In this document: in pieces, positions 39,846-52,699 of the stretch
Layout: each line of letters opens with the position of its first letter
Numbering within the stretch: the stretch's first letter is position 1
Source: Octopus vulgaris
Lineage: Eukaryota
Reading direction: 5' to 3'
DNA: 64,000 nucleotides
Assembly: GCA_951406725.2 (NCBI GenBank)
Contig: OX597832.1
Span: 52,824,001-52,888,000 of the forward strand
Made by a program: the position numbers and the translations under genes
Notes under the pieces: model-generated
What the model was told of the DNA's origin: nothing
The model's database searches: none
Seen by the model: only the letters and a program-made list of their open reading frames with translations

Positions 39846-39945
39846 GTGGTGGGTGGTGGTGGTGGTGGTGATGGTAGTAGTAGTAGTAGTGATGGTAGTG
39901 GTGGTGATGATGGTAGTAGTAGTAGTAGTGATGGTAGTGGTGCTG
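39838..39945. repeat. (GGT/AGT/GAT)n trinucleotide repeat
   Basis: Read directly; gives the poly-V/T/H ORFs. Confidence 0.9.
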
Positions 39946-41842
39946 CCATATATTAAATGGATGTGTAACATGGACCCTCACTCAATCCACTATCATATCA
40001 TCTCTTCGCAATTGCTTAACCATTCATCGATCCATCCATCATTTCCATCCACTATTCCTGGGAGAGTCATGGGGGGAAAAGCCCTTAGGTACCTCCTCCA
40101 TAGGGTTGTATCAAAAGCAACTGTCATTAGACATTCCAGCTAGACTCCCAAGCACGACCAACTAAGACAATGGATATCCAGCCATCTTACTCTTGGTATA
40201 CTGGCAGAAACGTTAGCACGCCGGACGAAATGCTCAGCGGTATTTCGTCTGCCGTTACGTTCTGAGTTCAAATTCCGCCAAGGTTGACTTTGTCTTTCAT
40301 CCTTTTGAGGTCGATTAAATAAGTACCAGTTATGCACTGAGGTCGATATAATCGACTTAATCCGTTTGTCTGTCCTTGTTTGTCCTCTCTGTGTTTAGCC
40401 CCTTGTGGGTAGTAAAGAAATAGGTATACCCCTAGGTCTCCTGCCATTTGGCTCAGCTTGAAGAATCTGCATATAAATAAAAGTCATGTGATTTTTATTC
40501 CTTTTACAGGTGGGGTGGCCTGAGCTGGAGCCCCACTATAAAAAGAAAAAAATCAATAGCCAAGTAGAGTTGTATTATATTTATAAACTGTTGCTATGGT
40601 ATTAGAGAAGTTGGATCAAATAACTTTATTTCCTTTATACAAACAGCTGCAATGAGAACAAAAACATATATATATATAAAAATAAAAAATAATTTGCTGT
40701 CCACTGGCAGATACTGTATTATTAGCTTAGTGAAGCAGTTAGTTTGGTAGATATTTTAAGCCGAGACCACAATTCCTATCAATTAGCACTTACTATTATT
40801 CAGAAGCTACTAAATTCACAATTGCCAATGTTGATTTTGTTGACTAAGATTACCAACCAAATGGGAGACAGGGTCAAAAACTAGTGAATGGTGGTGATTT
40901 ATCAAGTTTTGTAGGTCAACAACAAATTCTGGGTTTAGTCAGGACAGAACTGAAGCTTGTTTCATGACCATGTGGTCTTGGGTTCAGTCTCACTGTGTAG
41001 CACATTGAACAAGGGGCTTTTACTAAAACTCTGGATTAAATAAAGCTTTGTGAGTGGATCTGGTAGACAGAAACTGAAAGAAGCCTGCTGTATATGTGTG
41101 TAGGTTAATGTACCCTTGCCTGGACATCACATGATGGTTGTAAATGGTCATCATTCATTTCCAGTCTTCTGCAAAAAAACTTATCTGGCAATGGGAAAAT
41201 ATAATTTTACTTGGACACAGGTGAGGGCTGGTGAAAGGAAAAGCATCCAGCCACAGAAAATCTGCTTCACCAAACTCAATCTGACATGGAAAAGGGGACA
41301 TCAGTTGATGATGATGGTGTTGGAATTTGTAAGATATGGATTGCGTATGAATAATATTTAATGATTACTAGAAAATAGTTAACGATTCAGTATCTTAAAC
41401 GGTGTTTCAAGTATGGGTGAACAAAAAGGTGTTTGATTAGAAGGGAACAAGAACTTTAGGGGCACAAACAGTTCTGCTGATATACATTACTTACTTAATT
41501 CCACAATATTTTTTGCTTAGACTCCTTTATTAAAACGACAAACCTCTGTGTTCATGATCTTCCATCCACTTGATGGAATATACATTTGTTCCTCAACCAC
41601 TTCCAATCGAGAACTTCATTTTTAGGTTAGACATACTTTGACAGCATTTCATTTTCCTTAGCAAATTAAGTTTGGTCACAGAGGGACTGGAACCAAAGAA
41701 TTTTGTAGTGTCATTTGGAAATAGAATTTAACTTTTTTCAACTCCTCCCCTAATGTTGTTTATAGCAATTGGAATATTGTACAATCCAACTGTTTTGAAG
41801 TAACTCAGGAGAGCTAGTTATTTTCAGACCTTACAGATATAC

Positions 41843-42258
41843 CTTATTTCTTTATTGCCCACAAGGGGCTACACATAGAGGGGACAAACAAGGACAGACA
41901 AAGGGATTAAGTCGATTACATCGGCCCCAGTGCGTAACTGGTATTTAATTTATCAACCCCAAAAGGATGAAAGGCAAAGTCGACCTCGGCAAAATTTGAA
42001 CTCAGAACGTAACGGCAGACAAAATACCTATTTCTTTATTACCCACAAGGGGCTAAACACAGAGGGGACAAACAAGGACAAACATAGGTATTAAGTCGAT
42101 TACATCGACCCCAGTGTGTAACTGGTACTTAATTTATCGACCCTGAAAGGATGAAAGGCAAAGTCGACCTCGGCAGAATTTGAACTCAACGTAATGCAGA
42201 CAAAATACCGTTAGGCATTTCACCTGGCGTGCTAACGTTTCTGCCATCTCGCCACCTT
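41843..42258 (-). mobile_element. SINE family B dimer
   Basis: One head at ~42258 and two bodies joined at aaataccta|tttctttatt (~42022-42040). Confidence 0.88.
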
Positions 42259-42816
42259 AAGATATACCTCTCCATACCTCCTGGTTTTGTTTGTAGCCTT
42301 GATAAAACAACATCCTGAAATCACAGTTTAATCTACAATTGCTCCATTAATGGCAGTTAGTTCAGTTGAACACACTTTTTGATATTATTTGGTGGTATGT
42401 AAAAAATACCCAGTACACTTAAGTGGTTGGCATTAGGAAGGCATCCAGCCATAGAAACCATGTCATAACAGGCAATTGGAGACTGGACAGCTCCCAGCTG
42501 GTCAGCCCTATGTCAATCCGTCCAACCCATGCCAGCATGGAAAGTGGATGTTAAATGATGATGATGCTGTTATTGTTCTTGGGTTTAGTCCTGATCAAGC
42601 AACTTATGGCATGTAGGTGAATGATTATGTGTATGAGGGTGTAGTGTGGCAGTCTTGACAAACAAGTCATTGATTAAATGACCAGGTGTGTCCTACAGAT
42701 GTGTCATTGCAGGTAAACTATGCACTAATTAATTGCATGGAGGCCAGTGTGACAGTCTTGACATGTAGGTAGTTGATTAAATGACCAGATGAGTCCAATA
42801 GACATATCATTCCAGG

Positions 42817-43209
42817 TTACTCTTTACTCTTACTCTTTTCCTTGTTTCAGTCATGTGACTGTGGCCATGCTGGAGCACCGCCTTTAGTCAAGCAAATCGA
42901 CCCTCATGACTTATTCTTTGTAACCCTAGTACTTATTCTATCGATCTCTTTTGCCGAACCGCTAAGTTACGGGCACATAAACACACTAGCATCGGTTGTC
43001 AAGCGATGTTGGGTGGGGGAGGGCAAACACAGACACACAAACACACACATATATACAACGGGCTTCTTTCAGTTTCCGTCCACCAAATCCACTCATGAGG
43101 CTTTGGTCGGCCCGAGGCTATAGTAGAAGACAATTGCCCAAGGTGCCACGCAGTGGGACTGAACCCGGAACCATGTGGTTGGTAAGCAAGCTACTTACCA
43201 CACAGCCAC
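42817..43209 (-). mobile_element. SINE family A full-length copy
   Basis: Continuous match to the family in reverse orientation. Confidence 0.88.
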
Positions 43210-43661
43210 GAAAGCCAGTGTGACAATCTTAACAGGTCACCCGGCTATACAGTATACATTAGTACATCTGTTAATTCTAGTGGTAGTTACAATGGAAGAA
43301 GAGAATAGGGCAACGGTTATTGTCACTTCGCACTTATCATTTACGGTGTACATACAAGTATAATGTTTGGTGGTGGTGGTGGTGGGAGAGTTAATTAAAC
43401 TAATTATGCTAGTGGTATTTCTACTTGTAAGTGTTATATATATTTACCTTGACTGATTGGGAAACGTAGTATGTTTTTATAATAGTTTCTTTCTATTTTT
43501 TTCTTTTTCTTGGTGAGAGTGATTGAGCATAAAGTGTGTGGACTATGATGGCTGGAGATTGTCACAGTAACGACATGGACACACTGACATGTAACAGGTG
43601 GCAACTTTAATTTGTTATTATTGATATTTAGCCTCAGGTGGTCTATCAACGATATATATAT

Positions 43662-43724
<63 letters not shown>

Positions 43725-45019
43725 TGTATATATAATAAAATACGAAATGGGACAAGAACGCAAAACATCCGGACAACTAGGCGATACAAAAGGGACAACA
43801 GAACATCCGGATAGACGATAAAAAAAAACACAAGGACGGGTCATTCGAAGCCTTTTTATCTTCATTCAAGAATCGGATCATCCTCGCAATTTCGGCTGAT
43901 TAATCTTGAGATTGCTCCAATCTGGCCATAAGGCTGGTTAGCCGGTTTTTATGTCCTATAAGTGACCAAGGTTACAATACTCTCAATGAACAGGACACTG
44001 GCCCGTTGCCGGATTCAGAGGCCGGGTTTTTTTGTTTTTTTTTTGAGGGGAGGGTACAAGTCGACTACATCAACTCCAGTACTTCACTGGTACTTTATTC
44101 TATCGACTCCGATAGGATGAAAGGCTGTCTTTGAACTCAACATAAACATTTTAAAAAGCCGAAAGAAACGCCGCCAAGCAATTCGTCCGACGTCTTAAGG
44201 ATTCGGCCACCTCGCCGCTGAACGATAATAGCCGTCATCAAAAACAACCCAGGCTACGACTAACTAACTCATCCTTTGTTTTCAGTCATTGTGTATCTAA
44301 GACTACATTTATTCAGTTTCTAGACAGTAGGGAGTGACGTGAAGAAAATTTAATCTCTTGTTTGTCCGTTATTGTGCATCGATTTTCTTTCAGCTGCGCT
44401 ACATGACGTTTGTCAAACAGCGAACATTCTCACTGCAGTGGACTTTTTACTTAACAGTAAATACACATAACGCTGCTGCCAATTTGTCGCAACGAACTTT
44501 CCACTGTTACATAAATTATTAGGGGCGAGCTGTGAGAATTTAGCGGATTTGAGAATTTCACTAGAATCGTAATTTTTTTCCTTTTTTTTTTTTTGTATGT
44601 AAAAATAAATATTCAATTGTTTATACATGAAAAAAAAAACAAAATAAACAAACGCTCCTATAATTAGCGAAATTTAAATCTTTTAACAAATTTCAAGTCG
44701 AAACAGTTTGAAATGATAGATCTATAATTAAAATATATATATATATATATTTGTGTGTGTGTATAACGTAAAAGAAAACGTTATCTCAAATGACAAAATA
44801 GAATTTAAGAATGTAAATTATCTTCAATATTCCGATATAGCATAGAAATTACATAATTCTGGTCGTTAGCAAAATAATTTTCAATATATTGGGTCTCCGT
44901 CCACACCCACAGAATGTATAAAAACAATAAATATACACGCACGTATTATAAACATATACACCACCCACGTATTATATAAATGTAGACAGATTGAACTTAT
45001 GTCTAAATTATAAACTTAC

Positions 45020-45060
45020 TTCAGAACGTTTGGACTTGTCCGTTTTTTATCGTTCTCCAT
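45020..45060 (-). CDS. ME: Putative distal alternative first coding exon of malic enzyme (MENDKKRTSPNVLK)
   Basis: Minus strand attATG GAG AAC GAT AAA AAA CGG ACA AGT CCA AAC GTT CTG AA|gtaagt. Consensus donor, phase 2 matches the 7710 acceptor, A at -3 and G at +4. It sits in unique sequence near the point where CpG depletion ends. Confidence 0.65.
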
Positions 45061-45611
45061 AATTCCGGTGTAAAGAGGAACTACAACCAGTTGATGTTTG
45101 ATTAGTGAAACCAGCTGACTACTGACTGATAATGATAAACCTCCTTTTAAAAACCCGAGACCAGAAAAACAACAATACACAAAAACACTGATTACACAGC
45201 ACAAATAGTTTTTGCTATTCTTTTCTTTACTTCTTCTTCTTTTCTTTTCTCTTTTTTTTTTTTTTTTTTTTTTTGGTTTTTATAGCTTAAACTGATTTTT
45301 TAACCATTTATTTTGATTATACGTAACCTGAGTAGCGGTAGCCCGTGCCGAAAGGGCGACGAGCGGGCGAAATGCTAAACAGCATTTCGTCCTTCTTTAC
45401 GTCCTGAGTTCAAATGCCGCCGAGGTCCACTTTCGTTTTCGTCTCTTTCGGGGTCGTATAACCAGTTGAACACTAGTGCGGTGGAGGGTCGATGTAATCG
45501 TCTTAACCTCTTCGCCGATATTGCAGGCCTTGCGCCAAAATTTGAAACCAATATTAGGGACTACCAAAAAGGTTCAATTTAAAATCTATTTCAAAACACA
45601 GTTTCATTAAA

Positions 45612-46003
45612 ATAGGAGTGGCTGTGTGGTAAGTAGCTTGCTAACCAACCACATGGTTCCGGGTTCAGTCCCACTGCATGGCATCTTGGGCAAGTGTCTT
45701 CTGCTATATCCCCGGGCCGACCAATGCCTTGTGAGTGGATTTGGTAGACGGAAACTGAAAGAAGCCTGTCGTATATATGTATATGTATATATATGTGTGT
45801 GTTTGTCCCCCTAGCATTGCTTGACAGCCGATGCTGGTGTGTTTACGTCCCCATCACTTAGCGGTTCGGCAAAAGAGACCGATAGAATAAGTACTGGGCT
45901 TACAAAGAATAAGTCCCGGGGTCGATTTGCTCGACTAAAGGCGGTGCTCCAGCATGGCCGCAGTCAAATGACTGAAACAAGTAAAAGAGTAAAAGAGAAA
46001 GAG
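45612..46003 (+). mobile_element. SINE family A full-length copy with well-preserved CpGs
   Basis: ggagtggctgtgtggtaagtagc...gactgaaacaagtaaaagagtaaaagag. Confidence 0.9.
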
Positions 46004-47555
46004 TATAAAAATTATAAATCTGAAAACTTATTGTGCGAAGTGTCGTGTTGGGGAAGCAGAAGCACAAAATAAATCATTAAATTTGCACTAAGCTGACATT
46101 TTTATTGTGGGAATTAAATGTACAGTAAACGCTTATTGTTTAGAAAAGAACAGTTAAATTAAAATCATAGATGCAGGCATGGCTGTGTGGTTAAGAAGCT
46201 GGCTTTGTAATCATGTGGTCTGGGTTTCAGTCTCAATGCTGCTTTGCGAATGGATTTAGTAGACGGAAACTGCGTGGAAACCCGTCGCATATATTAGATA
46301 TAAGCGGGCTTGTCGCCAGACTCTGGTGCCCGGGGGTGCTTCGGAATATTCTGGGTGGGCACTAATTTGTAATAATGCTAAGTGCATCACTGTAAATCTG
46401 AGAGTGCACCATTGGGTACTGATGGGGGCAGTGCCGTCCAGTGCACACCCTTAACAACGGACATGTATATGCGTGTATGTATGTAGATTGCGGAGATCCC
46501 CACCTCTTCAGTCATGCACCTAGGAAGTTACCCTCCCAGGCACAAGTCCGGGCAAGGTTGTTTATGGAAGACCAGCAGTCGCCAATGCATATCAGCCTCC
46601 CTTCTCCACACCATCAGTGTTATCCAAGGGAAAGGCAAAGGGGCCGATACAGCTTGTCACCAGTGATGTCGCAACTCATTTCTACAGCTGAATAAACTGG
46701 TGCAACGTGAAATAAAGTGTCTTGCTCAAGAACACAACACGCAGCCCGGTGACTGAAATGACTGAAACAAGTAAAAGAGTAAAAGAGAAAGAGTATAAAA
46801 ATTATAAATCTGAAAACTTATTGTGCGAAGTGTCGTGTTGGGGAAGCAGAAGCGCAGAATTAATAATTAAATTTGCACTAAGCTGACATTTTTATTGTGG
46901 GAATTAAATGTACAGTAAACGCTTATTGTTTAGAAAAGAACAGTTAAATTAAAATCATAGATGCAGGCATGGCTGTGTGGTTAAGAAGCTGGCTTTGTAA
47001 TCATGTGGTCTGGGTTTCAGTCTCAGTGCTGCTTTGCGAATGGATTTAGTAGACGGAAACTGCGTGGAAACCCGTCGCATATATTAGATATAAGCGGGCT
47101 TGTCGCCAGACTCTGGTGCTTGGGGGTGCTTCAGAATATTCTGGGTGGGCACTAATTTGTAATAATGCTAAGTGCATCACTGTAAATCTGAGGGTGCACC
47201 ACTGGGTACTGATGGGGGCAATGCCGTCCAGTGCACACCCTTAACAACGGACATGTATATATGTGTGTATGTATGTATATTGCGGAGGCCCCACCCCTTC
47301 AGTCATGACTGACCATGGGATTGCACCTAGGAAGTTACTCTCCCGGGCACAGGTCCAGGAGGGTTGTTTATGGAAGACCAGCAGTCGCCAATGCATATCA
47401 GCCTCTTTTCTCCACACCATCAGTGTTATCCAAGGGAAAGGGATAAGGCCGATACAGCTTGGCACCTGTGACATCGCAGCTCTTTTATACAGCTGAGTAA
47501 ACTGGAGCAACGTGAAATAAAGTGTCTTGCTCAAGAATACAACACGCAGCCCGGT
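45966..47555 (+). repeat. Tandem duplication of a ~790-bp segment (45966-46750 and 46756-47555)
   Basis: aaatgactgaaacaagtaaaagagtaaaagagaaagagtataaaaattataaatctg... recurs 790 nt later and stays collinear to acaacacgcagcccggt. Confidence 0.92.
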
Positions 47556-47643
47556 CCAGGAATCGAACTCACAACCTCACAATCGTAAGCTCAACGCTCT
47601 AACCACTGAGCCATGCGCCTTCACATGTATGTATATATATATG

Positions 47644-47681
<38 letters not shown>

Positions 47682-48203
47682 CGCGCGTGTGTATGTATGT
47701 ATGTGATTCTGTGCTTGTATTTGTCCTCCACCCCTAATTTGCAACCGGTGAGGGTTTGTATACACCCCCATAATTTAGCGATCCGGCAAAAGGAGACCGA
47801 TAGACTAAGTGCCAGTCTTAATAAAACAGGCAAAAGGATGAAATGCAAAGTCGACCTCGGCAGAATTTGAACTCAGAACGTAAAGACGGGCGAAATGCCG
47901 CTAAGCATTCTCGCCTGGTATGCTAACGCTTCTGCCAGATCGTCGCCTTTTCGAATTAAAACATTGCTTTCAAGTTTTGACACAAGGAGTAGGATAGGTC
48001 GATTAGATCGTCGCCAGGGCTCAATTGGTACTTATTTTATCGACCCCGAAAGGATGATAGGCAAAGTCGATCTCGGTGGAATTTGAACTCAGAACGCAAA
48101 AACAGACGAAATGCTGCTGAGCATTTCGCACAGCGTGATAACGATTCTTTTCTTCTCTAGATACAAAGCCCAAAATTTTGAGGGAGGGGGCAGTCGATTA
48201 GGT

Positions 48204-48639
48204 TGTAGCGGACTCTCTCTCTCTCTCTCTGTTACATGTACATGAATACGGACGTAGTAGATAACAGCTAGCCTTCGGTCGCTTTTTTGGACCCTGCTGT
48301 GTCCACTACTCTGATTGGTTGGTATTGGCGCAGTTTGTCTCTTGCTCTATTGCGTGCCAATATGCAACCTAACCAACCGTAGCCTTCTGATAAGGTCCCG
48401 TGACACAGTCTCTTCTAAACCTCAGTTTGTGCCGATAGAATGGTATAAAATGTTGGCTTCAACACCGTCTTTCGTCTTTCGGTTCAAGACCTTCTAAGAT
48501 CTAACCACTGACCACAGAGCACACAACCCATTCCAGCGACAGCACAACACGCAGCCTCATGGAGAACGCATCAACACTCGGCCAACAGTGTACGGCAATC
48601 TCCTTGTTCGTCACCTCTCCTTCGCACGGTCGTTCTACA
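48204..48639 (+). mobile_element. Solo LTR (436 bp) inserted into a SINE B body
   Basis: Termini TGTAG...CTACA; flanks aggt / agat (4-bp TSD, one mismatch) split the SINE motif gtcgattagatcgacc. Confidence 0.75.
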
Positions 48640-49588
48640 AGATCGACCTCAATACGCAACTCGTACATTATTTATCGACCCCAAAAGGATGAAAGGCAAA
48701 GTCGACGTCGGCGGTATTTGAACTCAGAACATAACGACAGACGAAATACTTATTTCTTTACTACCCACAAAGGGCTAAACACAGAGAGGACAAACAAGGA
48801 CAGACAAACAGATTAAGTCGATTATATAAACCCCAGTGCGTAACTGGTACTTATTTAATCGATCCCCAAAGGATGAAAGGCAAAGTCGACCTCGGCGGAA
48901 TTTGAACTCAGAACGTAGCGGCAGACGAAATACCGCTGAGCATTTCACCCGGCGTGCTAACGTTTCTGCCAGCTTGTCGCCTTGGCAGATGTTATTGCTG
49001 GCTTTGAAGGTAACGCACCGATGATGTGCCAGATAAATTAACACGATGTAAGTGTGGCTGTATGCTTAAGAAGCTCACTTTGCAATACACGTGCTCTCGG
49101 GTTCAGTCCCACTGCACAGCACCTTGGACAAGTGTCTTCCACCATTGTCCTGGGCTGACCATCGCCTTGTGAATGGATCTGGTAAACGAAAACTGTGTGG
49201 AAGCCTGTTGTATACGTAAATATCCATGTCTCTTTGTATTTGTGTGTGTCTTTGTATTCATGTATGTCCCCGCATACACACAAGTGCTTGACAACCGATG
49301 CTGGTTTGTTTACGTCCTTGTAGCATAACGGTTCTGCAAAAAGAGACAGAATAAACATCACTTTTAAAATAAAAAATACATTAGTACTAGGGACGAATTG
49401 TTTGGCTAAATTCTTCAAAGAGATGCCCCAGTATAGCCACTTCAAGACATTTTCTGGGAAAGATTCAGTGTTTATGTTCGTTTGCAATTGTTTGTGAAAT
49501 GAGATATGGCCATTGATGATGCTTAAGGTGAAGGCCTACAAGACTTACCATTCTTGACAGAACAGAATGTATCGCTACGTCAACTTTA

Positions 49589-50380
49589 TGTAGCGGACTC
49601 TTAGTGAAATTTGCTCTCACTCTGTTATATATAACATAAATACGGACGCAGCAGATAACAGCTAACCTTCGGCCGCTTGGGCCCTGTTGTGTCCACTACT
49701 CTGATTGCTTGGTATTGGCGCAATTTGTCTCTTGCTCTATTACACGCCAATATGCAACCCAATCAATTGCAACCTTCTGATAAGGTCCCATGACACAGTC
49801 TTCTAAATTCTCTGTTGGAGCCTCCTAATCTCTATAAAAGCTAATCACAACAAACCTATTTTGTCTTTGGTCCTAGACCTCCTAAGGTCTCTCCACTGAC
49901 CATAGAGCACTCAGCCAGTTCCAGCGACAGACACCACTAGCAGTATTCAGGACCTCCATCTCCGTCGCCTTCATCTAAACGTCGCCTTCAATCTTAACAT
50001 CGCCTCCACCACCGTCGCCTTCATCTTATCGACGCCAACAACATCTCTACGTACACAGCCACTTTACTCTGGTTTAACCTCACGCTGTTTGTGAATATTT
50101 CACCATGGTTAACAGCAAGGACTACCTACGAGAACCTTCTGTACCAAGTAACCCGGCAACAGCATTGTAGCCACAACCTCTTACACGACACGTGCAGTAA
50201 CCGGCTCTGACTTTTTCGCCTCAACTTCTTCTTACAGAACTTCAGCTAATGAGTACCTGACTACGAACTGGTATTTATCTTCATTGTGTCTGAACTTCTT
50301 CTAGCGTCCTATTGTAAACTCTTTCCATGCTCTATATTTTATCTCACACGCATACATCCTTGTTTGTACAAACATACACA
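49589..50380 (+). mobile_element. Longer related solo LTR (~790 bp)
   Basis: Starts tgtagcggactc and shares ~330 bp with the 48204 LTR; probable end at ...catacaca (50380), TSD not clean. Confidence 0.6.
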
Positions 50381-50410
50381 TTATATATGCATGACGGCCT
50401 GTCTATTGCC

Positions 50411-50467
<57 letters not shown>

Positions 50468-50807
50468 GTACTTATGTCGCACACACAGACATACACTCTG
50501 CTGCCACATAAATAAAACTAATCAGAAAACAGGATTTAGAAGCTGGCATTTTCTGCATGATAACTTCGATTAAACAAAATGAAAGCAATATATTACGACT
50601 ACGTTGTAAGAAGTTTTGATGTTTTAATAAATTTAAATGAATGAAGTCAAGTGAAACATTGGCACGGGCAATATAAAAAGGAAAAATTATCAATGACTTT
50701 TTTTTTCTTTTTGAGAAAAATTACGAAAACAAGATTGTACGTTAAACTACGTTCAGTTCATGTAAACAATTAATAGCGGAAATTTAAAAAACGGAAGTTT
50801 GAGCTAC

Positions 50808-50992
50808 ATTGGGGTTGGGGTTAGAGTTAGGATTAAGGGTTGCGGTTTAGGGTTACAGTTAGCGTTTAGAGATAGAATCAGGGTTTACGTTAAAGAGTTA
50901 GGGATGGGGTTTAGGTTAGAATTAAGGTTCAGGGTTCGAATTAGGGTTGAGGTTTAAGGTTAGAATTAGGGTTCAGGGATGGCGTTAGGGTC
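50808..50992 (+). repeat. Degenerate interstitial (TTAGGG)n-like array
   Basis: Hexamer-periodic ttaggg/ttagag/tcaggg variants; a short (CCCTAA)4 also occurs at ~59884-59907. Confidence 0.75.
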
Positions 50993-51299
50993 AGTCCGAC
51001 CAGTGGATAACCTGGAGTTAATCAATTAGTAACATAATTTTTAGTGAACATTTTTCTAAAAAGTTTCCGGAACAAGTGAATAAAAAAATAAGATTCAGCC
51101 TGAAAAGTTACATCAAAATACCAAATTTGAAAAAACAATACATTTTTTGTAACGAAAATTTAAAAACGAAAGTTCGGAATACAAGTGCAGTGGCTTTAAA
51201 CAGACGGCAGCTTGACTTGTTACTATAGAAACAGGCACCAATGTGTCTGTGGCTTACAATTGGCTAAAATTACCCAACATTTTCAAACTTTAAAAGCTT

Positions 51300-51728
51300 T
51301 GTTCTCTTATTCTTTTACTTGTTTCAGTCATTTGATTGCAGCCATGCTGGAGCACCACCCTGACGGATTTTAGTCGAACAAATCGACCCCAGGAATTATT
51401 TTAAAACTTAATACTTATTCTATCGGCATTTTTGCCGAACCGCTAAGTTACGGGGATGTAAACACAGCAACAGCGGTTGTCAAGCGGTGATGCGGGGACA
51501 AACACAAACACAAAGACACACACAGAGAAATATCTAAACACACACACACATATCTATATATACACTTTGAGCTTCATTCAGTTTCCGTGTATCAAGTTCA
51601 CTCACAAGGCTTTGGTCGGCCCGAGGCTATAGTGGGAGACACTTGCCCGAGGTGTCACGCAGTGGGACTGAACACAGAACCATGTAGTTGAGAAGCAATC
51701 TTCTTACTGCACAGCCACGCCTGCGCCT
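51300..51728 (-). mobile_element. SINE family A-related full-length copy
   Basis: Head ggcgcaggcgtggctgtg (minus strand) to tail gactgaaacaagtaaaaga. Confidence 0.85.
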
Positions 51729-52174
51729 ATTAACTTTTTACTTATAAATATATGGCAAAAATGAATTTCCTTTTCGTAATTAGCATGCAAAACTACATAA
51801 ATACACTAAATTTGAAACGAATTGGAACAAAAAAGAATTGAAAAGTGACAGCCAAGGAGAAAAGATCCCAAAATTTCTCTTGATGTTCCTTAGCAGCAGT
51901 GTTGACCTAGATGTTTCGTAATTGATAAACACTGAAATACAATTTTATTGTGAAGAGGAAAACAAATCTTGTGGGATGGGTGAGGAATGTAGCTGTCATA
52001 CGTATGGTATGTACGTCACGTTTTCAGTTATGTCATGTGCATTATAATCCCCTATTAATCACCGGGTCTATCAGTAAACGTTATTATCACTATTTTATTT
52101 CATTTATATTATAGTGTTCCGTTATCAGATACTTCACTTTTATAAATGAATTTTGGTCAATGACCGCCTGAATA

Positions 52175-52236
<62 letters not shown>

Positions 52237-52426
52237 CAAACATAATTTTCGTTTAAAAAAAAACTTTTTTTTTTTAGACATTCATTAGTACAACACCAAA
52301 AACTCTCCCCAAATATATGGCACACTAGGCATAACAACAACATGAACTTCCAACCTGTTGTCTCTTGAGGTCTCTAGGTGAGACTTGGAGCCAACTTATA
52401 CAAATATAAAGCAAAAGTCAAACATA

Positions 52427-52483
<57 letters not shown>

Positions 52484-52699
52484 TGATGATGATGATAATA
52501 AATGCCCTGATGCAGTACCAGGCAGTGGTTCTCATGGCTTCTGATCTTAACTGATTGGAAGTGTCATTATGTACATTGTTTTGTCTTGGTATAAAAGATG
52601 GGCTACAGCAAATAATTCTGCTCAATACCACAGATGTGCTTGTGTGTTGCTTAACCATAACCAGTTGAGCATGTCCCTTAGTGGCTGATGATATGTGCT

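Noticed and set aside
43441-43620. Minus-strand donor caag|gtaaat at 43448 as a third first exon
   Set aside because: The phase-2 frame has a stop shortly upstream and no ATG. It could only be a non-coding exon and nothing else supports it.
50808-50992. Telomeric repeats as a chromosome end or fusion point
   Set aside because: Short, highly degenerate and single-orientation; more consistent with repeat-internal hexamer arrays.
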